DNA of 27,739 bases, from NCBI GenBank assembly GCA_041492755.1, contig JBGPXN010000051.1, forward strand, positions 1-27,739. The letters are read 5' to 3'. The DNA comes from Candidatus Methylomirabilia bacterium. Lineage in GTDB: Bacteria; Methylomirabilota; Methylomirabilia; Rokubacteriales; CSP1-6. Below the pieces are notes generated by a model, which was not told where the DNA came from, searched no databases, and saw only the letters and a list, made by a program, of their open reading frames with translations. A program made the translations under genes and the position numbers. Below are positions 9,400 through 17,244 of the stretch, piece after piece (position 1 is the first letter of the stretch; each line of letters begins with the position of its first letter).

Positions 9400-10923
9400 G
9401 TGGCCAAGAGGATCGTCGTCAACGCTGGTATCACCGAGACGCGGATCGCCGTGCAGGAGGGCACCCTCCTCACCGAGCTCTACCTGGAGCGCCACTCGCA
9501 GCGCTCCATCGTCGGGAGTGTCTACAAGGGCGTCGTAACCAACGTCCTGCCCGGCATGCAGGCCGCCTTCGTCGACATCGGCCTGGCCAAGGACGCCTTC
9601 CTCTACGCGGGTGACTACACCGACAACGTCCCCGAGGACGACGGTGAACCGCTGGCCACCGACGACGAGGTCGACGTCGACGTCGACGAGGAGCCGCGGC
9701 GCGAGGCCCGCGCGCCGATCGAGGAGATGCTGCGCAAGGCCCAGGACGTCCTCGTGCAGGTCTCCAAGGAATCGCTCGGCACCAAGGGCGCCCGCATCAC
9801 GTCGTTCGTGTCGCTCCCCGGCCGCTATCTCGTGTACATGCCGCAGGCCCGCCACCTCGGCGTCTCCCGGCGCATCCGCGACGAGCACGAACGAGACCGC
9901 CTCCGCAGCCTCGTGCGCAGTCTCGATCCACCGCCCGGCGGCTTCATCGTGCGGACCAACGCCGAGGGCAAAGGCGAGGGCGAGCTCGCGGCGGATCTCC
10001 AGTTCCTGGGACGACTCTGGACGCAGATCCAGTCGCGCTACGAGCAAGCCCGGCCGCCGGCGGTGCTGCACGAGGAGATGGACGTGACGTTCCGGGTCAT
10101 CCGTGACCTCCTCTCCCCGGACGTGGAGGAGTTCGTCATCGACAGCCCCGAGGTGCACGCCAAGTGCGTGGAGTACGTGCGGACGTTGGTGCCCGCGCTG
10201 GCCGAGCGGGCCGTCCTTCACGAGGGCAAGACGCCGATCTTCGAGGCGCTCGGCATCGAGAAGGAAATCGAGAAGGCACTGCGGCGGCGCGTCTGGCTCA
10301 AGTCGGGCGGCTACATCGTCATCGACCACACCGAGGCGCTCGTCTCCATCGACGTCAACACCGGCAAGTACGTGGGCAAGCGGGACTTCGAGCAGACCGT
10401 GCTGAAGATCAATCTGGAGTCGGTGGGGGAGATCGTGCGGCAGATCCGGCTGCGCGACCTCGGCGGGATCATCATCATCGACTTCATCGACATGGAGGTG
10501 CTGGAGCACCGCGAGCAGGTCGAAAAGGCGCTCAAGAAGGCGTTCGCCGACGATCGTGCCCGCACCAATGTGCTCGACATATCGGAGCTGGGCCTGGTGG
10601 AGATGACCCGCAAGCGGGTGCGTCAGGATCTCCGCTCCCTCCTCACCGTGCCGTGTTCGACGTGTCGCGGCGCCGGCGTCATCAAGAGCGACGCCACCCT
10701 CGTGGCCGAGATCTTCCGCGCGATCCAGGCCAAGGCGGGCGCCCGCGACGATGGCGCGGCCCGGGAGGTCATGGTGCGCGCGCACGCCGACGTGGCCGCG
10801 TACCTCGAGGGCGACGGCCGCGACCAGGTGGCCCGGCTGGCCGGGGCGCTCGGCGCGAAGATCAACGTGCAGGCGGCCTCGGGCCACGCCCACCGCGAGG
10901 ATTACGACGTGCAGGTGCGCTGA
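9400..10923 (+). CDS. rng: Rne/Rng family ribonuclease (RNase G-length, 507 aa)
   Basis: S1 domain GSVYKGVVTNVLPGMQAAFVDIG, KGARIT, IDVNTGK, GGIIIIDFIDM, LGLVEMTRKR, Zn-link CSTC. Confidence 0.93.
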   Translation: MAKRIVVNAGITETRIAVQEGTLLTELYLERHSQRSIVGSVYKGVVTNVLPGMQAAFVDIGLAKDAFLYAGDYTDNVPEDDGEPLATDDEVDVDVDEEPRREARAPIEEMLRKAQDVLVQVSKESLGTKGARITSFVSLPGRYLVYMPQARHLGVSRRIRDEHERDRLRSLVRSLDPPPGGFIVRTNAEGKGEGELAADLQFLGRLWTQIQSRYEQARPPAVLHEEMDVTFRVIRDLLSPDVEEFVIDSPEVHAKCVEYVRTLVPALAERAVLHEGKTPIFEALGIEKEIEKALRRRVWLKSGGYIVIDHTEALVSIDVNTGKYVGKRDFEQTVLKINLESVGEIVRQIRLRDLGGIIIIDFIDMEVLEHREQVEKALKKAFADDRARTNVLDISELGLVEMTRKRVRQDLRSLLTVPCSTCRGAGVIKSDATLVAEIFRAIQAKAGARDDGAAREVMVRAHADVAAYLEGDGRDQVARLAGALGAKINVQAASGHAHREDYDVQVR

Positions 10924-10924
10924 A

Positions 10925-11272
10925 TTGGCCCGGCCTCGCCCGTCGCGCGTCAGCGCTCAGAAGATCCTGGGCGAGCTGCGATTGGCCGCCAAGGGTGACC
11001 GCGCCGCGCTGGCGCTGGCCCTCGACGGGATGCGCACGCTCGCATATTCCCCCCGCTACTGGGAGAAGTACCTCACCCTCCTGAAGAATCCGCTGGCCCG
11101 GCTGGTCGATCTCCTGACCCTCAAGCAGGGCGACCGGATCGCGCACCAGAAGGGCTGGAAGCTCGGCCCGCGCGATGGGGCCAAGCGTCGTGCGTCCGCC
11201 AAGCCGCCGCCGTCGCGGCGGCGCCGGCGCCGCGCGGCGCCCTCGGGGGAGCAGGCCTCGCTCTTCGAGTGA
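10925..11272 (+). CDS. Small hypothetical protein (~115 aa): helical core, basic tail, C-terminal QASLFE
   Basis: TTG 1 nt after the rng stop, with AGGTG upstream. Genome-like GC3-rich codons and protein-like sequence (YSPRYWEKYLTLLKNPLARLVDLL). Confidence 0.7.
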   Translation: MARPRPSRVSAQKILGELRLAAKGDRAALALALDGMRTLAYSPRYWEKYLTLLKNPLARLVDLLTLKQGDRIAHQKGWKLGPRDGAKRRASAKPPPSRRRRRRAAPSGEQASLFE

Positions 11273-11473
11273 CGGCCTTCCCGTCGACGACGGCGTAAGC
11301 AGTACCAGCAGCCCACCCCGTACCGGAACGTGCGACGCGTCCTTCCGTCCCCTCCGGGCAGAACGTGATGAGCCAGGCCGCCTCCGAGCCGATCGACTTC
11401 GCGGTCTCGACCAGGCCGGCGGCGGTCGCGGCCTCACCATCGAGGGTCCGGCCGATTGGGGTCGCGCGCCGGG

Positions 11474-11517
11474 TTGACGCCGTGGCGGGGTGAGGCCACA
11501 CTTACTCCCTGGGGGTA
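11474..11517 (+). promoter_or_regulatory. sigma70 promoter with adjacent CsoR-type operator
   Basis: TTGACG (11474-11479), 17 nt, CACACT (11497-11502), then TACTCCCTGGGGGTA (11503-11517). This matches the TAC-C-tract/G-tract-GTA pseudo-palindrome typical of CsoR operators and lies 6 nt before csoR. Confidence 0.75.
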
Positions 11518-11523
11518 TCAAGG

Positions 11524-11805
11524 GTGCGGAACGAGGAGACGAAGGCCAAGGCGCTCGGGCGACTCCGCCGGATCGAGGGACAGGTCCAGGGCCTGCAGCG
11601 GATGATCGGCGCCGACGCCGACTGCGTCGACGTCCTGCTGCAGATCTCCGCGGTCCAGGGCGCGCTCGAGCAGGTCCAGAAGCTGCTGCTCGGCCGGCAC
11701 ATCGAATCGTGCGTGGCCGACGCCTTCCGGTCCGGCTCGCGCGGCGATCGGCAGCGGAAGATCGACGATCTCCTCGACGTCTTCGCGCGCTTCGGAGGCC
11801 GCTGA
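11524..11805 (+). CDS. csoR: CsoR/RcnR family copper-sensing repressor
   Basis: [16 protein letters not shown], Cys in [12 protein letters not shown], His-x3-Cys in RHIESC (C-H-C Cu(I) ligand set); directly upstream of copA. Confidence 0.93.
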   Translation: MRNEETKAKALGRLRRIEGQVQGLQRMIGADADCVDVLLQISAVQGALEQVQKLLLGRHIESCVADAFRSGSRGDRQRKIDDLLDVFARFGGR

Positions 11806-14063
11806 TGGCGGCCACCGAGCGGCTCACCCTGGCCGTGCGCGGGATGCACTGCGCGGCCTGCGTGGGCAAGGTCGAGGGTGCGCTGCGCCGCGTGCCGGGC
11901 GTGGAGAACGCGACGGTCAACCTTGCCACCGAGCGCGCGACGGTGGGCTTCGACGCCGGGCGCGCGGACGTCGGGGCGTTGCAGTCGGCCGTCGCGGCCG
12001 CGGGGTACGAGCTGGTCGAGCCGCCGGCGCCGGGGGTCGATACCAGCGAGGCGGAGCAGGCGGAGCGGGACCGGGAGCAGCGGCGCGCGCGGCTGAGGTT
12101 CATCGCCGGCGCCGTGCTGTCCGCTCCCCTGCTGCTCGGCGGCATGGCCGACGTCTTCCCGTGGGCGCCGGCGCTGCTCCGTGATCCGTGGGTGCAGCTC
12201 GTGCTCGCCACCCCGGTGCAGTTCTGGGTGGGCGGGCCGTTCCATCGCGGCTTCCTGCGCGATCTTCGGCATCGCAGCGCGAGCATGTCCACCCTGGTCT
12301 CGCTCGGCACCAACGCCGCGTATTTCTTCAGCCTGGCCGTGACGCTGTGGCCGCACGCGTTCAGGTCGGTCGGCGCGATGCCGTACTACGAGACGAGCGC
12401 CGTCGTCATCACGCTCGTCGTCCTGGGCCGGTGGCTCGAGACCCGCGCGCGGGGCCGGACGTCGGAGGCGATCCGGCGGCTCGTCGGCCTGGCGCCCCGG
12501 ACCGCGCGCGTCGTGCGCAACGGTCGTGACGTCGACGTCGCGACGGACGCGGTGCTCGCGGGCGACCTCATCCGGATCCGGCCGGGCGAGCGCATTCCCG
12601 TGGACGGCGTGATCGTCGAGGGCGCGTCCAGCGTCGACGAATCGATGCTCACCGGCGAGAGCCTTCCGGTCGAGAAGCACGTGGAGTCGCCCGTCGTGGC
12701 CGGCACCGTGAACGGCACCGGCAGCTTCGTATTCCGCGGAACGCGCGTCGGCCGTGACACGACGCTCGCCCGCATCACGCGTCTGGTGGAAGAGGCGCAG
12801 GGCTCGCGCGCGCCGATCCAGCGCCTCGCCGACCGCGTGGCGGCCGTGTTCGTCCCCGTCGTCCTGGTGCTGGCCGCGCTGACGTTCGCGGGGTGGCTCG
12901 CGTTCGGGCCGGAGCCGCGTCTGCTCACGGCGCTCACGACGACCGTGGCGGTGCTGGTCATCGCGTGCCCGTGCGCCATGGGACTGGCCACGCCGACCGC
13001 CATCATGGTCGCCACCGGGAAGGGCGCCGAGCACGGCATCCTCGTCAAGTCGGCGGCCGCGCTGGAGGTGCTGCACCGGGTCGACACGATCGTCTTCGAC
13101 AAGACGGGAACGCTCACCGTGGGGCACGCCGAGCTGACCGACGTCGTGGTCGTCGGCCCCGGGACGGAGGACGACGCTCTCGCGCTGGCGGCGGCCGCGG
13201 AGCAGGGCTCGGAGCACCCGCTCGGCGAGGCGATCGTTCGCCGGGCGAAGGAGCGCGGGCTGGCACTTCCGCCGGTCGCCGAGTTCACCAGCGTACCGGG
13301 GCAGGGCATCGACGCGCTTGCTCCCGACGGCCGGGTGTTGCTCGGCAATCGCACGCTCATGGACATGCGCGGCATCGACGTCATCGCGGTGGAGGATCGC
13401 GTGGCCAAGCTCCAGGCCGAGGGCAAGACCGTCGTGTATCTCGCCTTCGCGGGACAGATGCTTGCGCTCCTGGCCGCCGCCGACGTGATGAAGCCGGAGG
13501 CTCCGGCCGTCGTGCAGCGCCTGAAGCGGCTCGGGCTCGAGGGGGTGATGCTGACCGGCGACAACCGGCGCACGGCCGAGGCCATCGCGCGCCAGGCCGG
13601 CATCGAGCGGGTGATCGCCGAGGTGCTGCCGGAGGACAAGGCGGGCGAGATCGAACGGCTGGCCATCGCCGGTCATCGGGTAGCGATGGTGGGCGACGGC
13701 GTGAACGACGCGCCAGCGCTGGCCCGGGCCGAGGTCGGCATCGCGATGGGATCTGGCACCGACGTGGCGATCGAGGCGGCCGACGTCACGCTGATGCGCG
13801 GCGATCTCCACGGCGTGGTGGCCGCGGTCGATCTGTCGCGCAAGACCATTCGCGTCATCAAGCAAAATCTCATCTGGGCGTTCGGCTACAACGTCGTCCT
13901 GATCCCGGTGGCCGCCGGGCTTCTGTACCCGGTGTGGGGTGTGCTGCTGTCCCCGATGCTCGCCGGCGCGGCGATGGCGTTCTCGAGCGTCTCGGTGGTG
14001 ACCAACAGCTTGCGCCTCAAACGCTGGAGGCCCGACAATGAGGAGGAGTCCCATGGCGGTTGA
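11805..14063 (+). CDS. copA: Cu(I)-exporting P1B-1 type ATPase
   Basis: TGATG overlap with csoR. N-terminal GMHCAAC metal-binding domain, [26 protein letters not shown] and MAFSS transmembrane motifs. Confidence 0.95.
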   Translation: MAATERLTLAVRGMHCAACVGKVEGALRRVPGVENATVNLATERATVGFDAGRADVGALQSAVAAAGYELVEPPAPGVDTSEAEQAERDREQRRARLRFIAGAVLSAPLLLGGMADVFPWAPALLRDPWVQLVLATPVQFWVGGPFHRGFLRDLRHRSASMSTLVSLGTNAAYFFSLAVTLWPHAFRSVGAMPYYETSAVVITLVVLGRWLETRARGRTSEAIRRLVGLAPRTARVVRNGRDVDVATDAVLAGDLIRIRPGERIPVDGVIVEGASSVDESMLTGESLPVEKHVESPVVAGTVNGTGSFVFRGTRVGRDTTLARITRLVEEAQGSRAPIQRLADRVAAVFVPVVLVLAALTFAGWLAFGPEPRLLTALTTTVAVLVIACPCAMGLATPTAIMVATGKGAEHGILVKSAAALEVLHRVDTIVFDKTGTLTVGHAELTDVVVVGPGTEDDALALAAAAEQGSEHPLGEAIVRRAKERGLALPPVAEFTSVPGQGIDALAPDGRVLLGNRTLMDMRGIDVIAVEDRVAKLQAEGKTVVYLAFAGQMLALLAAADVMKPEAPAVVQRLKRLGLEGVMLTGDNRRTAEAIARQAGIERVIAEVLPEDKAGEIERLAIAGHRVAMVGDGVNDAPALARAEVGIAMGSGTDVAIEAADVTLMRGDLHGVVAAVDLSRKTIRVIKQNLIWAFGYNVVLIPVAAGLLYPVWGVLLSPMLAGAAMAFSSVSVVTNSLRLKRWRPDNEEESHGG

Positions 14064-14223
14064 TCCCGTCTGCAAGATGACCGTTGAGCCCGCCAAGGCC
14101 GCGGCGCAGTCGCAGTACAAGGGCGAGAGCTATTACTTCTGCGCCGTCGGCTGCAAGCAGAAGTTCGATCGCGAGCCGGACAAGTACCTGGCCGGGGGCG
14201 GCAGCCCGATGAGCGGCCACTGA
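14053..14223 (+). CDS. Stand-alone YHS/TRASH-type domain protein (56 aa), likely metal-binding
   Basis: GGAGGAG RBS, then [11 protein letters not shown]...[24 protein letters not shown] (DPVC and YYFCxxxC pattern). Confidence 0.9.
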   Translation: MAVDPVCKMTVEPAKAAAQSQYKGESYYFCAVGCKQKFDREPDKYLAGGGSPMSGH

Positions 14224-14234
14224 GCGCGCCGCGC

Positions 14235-15119
14235 GTGGACGTCGCCGTCCTGCGCGACCGTGACCGCTACGAGCGGCGGATGGAGGGGTGGTCGGACAAC
14301 ACCCACGACGACGCCTTCACCCACACCGTGCGGCTCGCCGATCCGGACCGCACGATCGAGCTGCGCGCGGTGGCGCTGCCGTCACCGGAGTACGCGATTC
14401 GCGCGGCAGAATGCCGGACGCTGCACGGCGCCCTCGCGCCGGCGGTGACGGCGGGCGTCGCCGGCCTCGCCGGCGCGCGCATGGTTGCCGGCTTCACGCG
14501 CCGGGTCGCCGAGGCGACGGGCGGCGGCGAGGGCGCGGGCCTCGTGGTGGACGCGGCGATCGAGGTCGCGCGGCTGGCCCGCCAGGTGGCGAAGCTGCCG
14601 CGTGAGCGCGCCGAGCGCGCGGCGGGCGGGAACGCGCGGGAATGCTGGGAGCTCGACACGGCCGGCTGGGCCGATCTGCCGGATTCCTGCTTCACCTACA
14701 CCGCGGCCGGGCGCGCGCTCTTCGACACCCGCACGGTCGCGGCATCGGCGCACCCGGACCTCTACAGCCCACGACCGGGACAGCGTCGGGTCTTCGCACG
14801 CGAGAAGGTGGCGCGCCTCGAGCGCCGCGGCGATCGCCTTCACCTGTTCCACAGCATGTACGACAACGTCCACGGCTTCGAGATCACCTACGAGATCGAT
14901 CTCGCCACCGGCCGCGTCGTGCGCGCCGAGTCCATCACACCCCGGCTGCCGTTCATGGGCATCTGCTCCGAGCCTCAGGCGAAGATCCGCGCGCTCGTCG
15001 GCGAGACGCTCGACGACGGTTTGCGCAAGCGCGTCGCCGGCGTCGTCGGCGGTGCGGCGGGCTGCGCCCAGCTCTACGACCTCACCGCCGATCTCCTCAA
15101 GCTGCTGGCCGGACGCTGA
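14235..15119 (+). CDS. DUF2889-like protein with an internal tandem duplication
   Basis: The C-terminal half has D..H.FEI...ID, PFMGIC, ALVG...G.RKRV..VVGGAAGCAQLYDL, which I recall as the DUF2889 pattern. The N-terminal half is a degenerate copy. Confidence 0.7.
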   Translation: MDVAVLRDRDRYERRMEGWSDNTHDDAFTHTVRLADPDRTIELRAVALPSPEYAIRAAECRTLHGALAPAVTAGVAGLAGARMVAGFTRRVAEATGGGEGAGLVVDAAIEVARLARQVAKLPRERAERAAGGNARECWELDTAGWADLPDSCFTYTAAGRALFDTRTVAASAHPDLYSPRPGQRRVFAREKVARLERRGDRLHLFHSMYDNVHGFEITYEIDLATGRVVRAESITPRLPFMGICSEPQAKIRALVGETLDDGLRKRVAGVVGGAAGCAQLYDLTADLLKLLAGR

Positions 15120-15225
15120 CGGCTGGCGAAGCGCCGGCAGCGGCCCCCCGCGGCTCGCCGGCTGCGGACGGCGTGGCCACGGCGCATGACGGCTGCGCGC
15201 TGACACCGGCGAGGGGCTGACCGCG

Positions 15226-16500
15226 ATGCCAATGGACGACGCGCAGGCGCTTCGCGAGGCGCTGGTCGACACGCTCGTGGCCGGCGGCTCCATCCGAAGC
15301 CCGCGGGTCGAGACCGCGTTTCGCGCCGTCCCGCGCCATCTTTTCGTCGACCGGCCGCCGCCGCTGGCGTACCGGAATCAGGTCATCCCCACGCGGTTCG
15401 TGCGCGGCGTGCCGGTCAGCTCGGCGTCGCAGCCGGCGATGATGGCGATCATGCTCGAGCAGCTCGGCCTCGAGCCTGGCCAGCGCGTGCTCGAGATCGG
15501 CACCGGTACCGGCTACAACGCCGCGCTCATGGCGCATATCGTGGGGCGCGAAGGGGAAGTCGTGTCCGTCGAGATCGACGACGGCCTCGCCGTCGAGGCG
15601 CGCGGTCGGCTGGCCGCGACCGGGTGTGCCGCGACCGTCATCACCGCGGACGGTGGCTACGGCTGGTCAGCCCGCGCGCCCTATGACCGCATCGTCCTCA
15701 CCGCGGCCGCGTGGGACATCTTGCCCGCATGGTGCGAGCAGCTCGCGCCGTCGGGTCGCCTGCTCCTGCCGCTGTCGCTCCGGGCGGCCGCGCGATCGGT
15801 GGCGTTCGAGCGCGCCGGCGATCACCTGGTGAGCATTTCGGTCCAGGACTGCGATTTCGTCTGGCTGCGGGGTGCGCTCGCCGGTCCCGGCCAGCGGCTG
15901 CCGCTCGGACCCGAGGACGGGCTGTCCATCTGGTTTGCCGACGGCGCTCCGGCGGACGTCGGAGCCGCGTACGACCTGCTCGCCGGAGGCATGCGCGCCT
16001 CGCCGACGACGGTCAGCGCGACCGTTCGCGAGGTGTGGAGTGGGTTGATGCTGTGGCTCGCGCTCGATGATCCGGCGCTCTGCGAGGTGTTCGCGATCGG
16101 GGACCGCACCGGGGACGATGTGGTCCCGTATCTCTTCGGCGTGGCGGGAAGCTTCTGTCGGACGGCCGGGCTCTTCGAGGACGGCCGCTTCTGCCTGTTG
16201 AGTCGCCCACCCGACCGGAAGGTTCCCGCGACGCCGCCGCCGCCCCCGACGCCGTTCGAGCTCTACCTCCGTAGCGCCGGGCTCGACGATCGGCTCGCGC
16301 ACCGTCTGCTCGCCCGCATCGTGGCGTGGGACGCCGCGGGCCGTCCCTCGACACGCGGTCTTCGCATCCGCGCCTGGCCCGTCGATGCGTCGCCGGTGGC
16401 GGAGCCGAGCGCTCGCGTGCTCGTCAAGCGCTGGACCCGGCTCATGGTCGATTGGCCCGGGGACGGCCCGGACGCGGTGGCCGACGGCGACGCGGCGTAG
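15226..16500 (+). CDS. Protein-L-isoaspartate O-methyltransferase-like protein with C-terminal extension (FxLD-system/RiPP-associated type)
   Basis: AFRAVPRHLF, SSASQP, VLEIGTGTGYNAALMA, APYDRIVLTAA, EQLAPSGRLLLPL, plus ~200 extra C-terminal residues ending WDAAGRP...LRIRAWP...W. Confidence 0.8.
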   Translation: MPMDDAQALREALVDTLVAGGSIRSPRVETAFRAVPRHLFVDRPPPLAYRNQVIPTRFVRGVPVSSASQPAMMAIMLEQLGLEPGQRVLEIGTGTGYNAALMAHIVGREGEVVSVEIDDGLAVEARGRLAATGCAATVITADGGYGWSARAPYDRIVLTAAAWDILPAWCEQLAPSGRLLLPLSLRAAARSVAFERAGDHLVSISVQDCDFVWLRGALAGPGQRLPLGPEDGLSIWFADGAPADVGAAYDLLAGGMRASPTTVSATVREVWSGLMLWLALDDPALCEVFAIGDRTGDDVVPYLFGVAGSFCRTAGLFEDGRFCLLSRPPDRKVPATPPPPPTPFELYLRSAGLDDRLAHRLLARIVAWDAAGRPSTRGLRIRAWPVDASPVAEPSARVLVKRWTRLMVDWPGDGPDAVADGDAA

Positions 16501-16551
16501 ACGCCATCGCGGACGCGCTCCGGCGCGCCGCCCGCCCGGCCACGCCGCCGG

Positions 16552-17244
16552 TCACTCCGCGAGCAAGCGATACCCGACGCCCGGCTCCGTGAGCAGGTAG
16601 CGCGGCCGAGCCGGGTCCGGCTCGAGCTTCCTCCGCAGATGCGTCATGTAGACGCGGAGGTAGTGCGACTGCGCCTCGGCGTTGGGGCCCCAGACCTCGC
16701 GGAGAAGTTGCCGATGCGTGACGACCCGGCCGGCGTACCGCACGAGCGTGGCCAGGAGCCGGTATTCGATCGGGCTCAGATGCACCTCGGCGCCGCCGAG
16801 GAGCACGCGCCGGCGCCCGAGGTCGACGTGGAGATCCCCGACCGTGAACGTCGACTCGACGCTCTCGCCGCCCAGTTGCGCACGGTGCCGGAGGGCGACC
16901 CGCATCCGGGCGAGCAACTCGCCCACCGCGAACGGCTTGCCGACGTAGTCGTCGGCGCCGCCGTCGAGCGCAGCGACCTTGTCCCGCTCCTGGCCGCGGG
17001 CCGACAGCACGATCACGGGGACGGCGCTCCACTCGCGCAATCGTTTGATGACGGCAAGCCCGTCCATATCGGGCAGTCCGAGATCGAGAATCACGAGGTC
17101 GGGTTGCCGGCTCGCCGCTTCGATGAGCCCATCCTCGCCCGTGCCGGCTTCGAAGAGGCGATAGCCCTGGCCGGTCAGTGCGGCGCGAAGGAAGCGACGG
17201 ATCTGCGGCTCGTCCTCGATGACGACGACGACGGGCTCAGCCAT
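16552..17244 (-). CDS. kdpE: KdpE response regulator (OmpR family), copy 1
   Basis: IEDEPQIRRFL, ILDLGLPDMDG, GADDYVGKPF, HYLRVYMTHLRRKLE, TEPGVGYR; downstream of kdpD. Confidence 0.95.
   Translation of the reverse strand: MAEPVVVVIEDEPQIRRFLRAALTGQGYRLFEAGTGEDGLIEAASRQPDLVILDLGLPDMDGLAVIKRLREWSAVPVIVLSARGQERDKVAALDGGADDYVGKPFAVGELLARMRVALRHRAQLGGESVESTFTVGDLHVDLGRRRVLLGGAEVHLSPIEYRLLATLVRYAGRVVTHRQLLREVWGPNAEAQSHYLRVYMTHLRRKLEPDPARPRYLLTEPGVGYRLLAE

Noticed and set aside
9620..9715. GACGAC/GTCGAC-rich repeat-like stretch in rng
   Set aside because: It encodes an acidic low-complexity loop in the S1 domain and is not a DNA repeat array.
11490..11804. N-terminal extension of copA
   Set aside because: It overlaps csoR and its operator; the coupled ATG at 11805 directly precedes the metal-binding domain.
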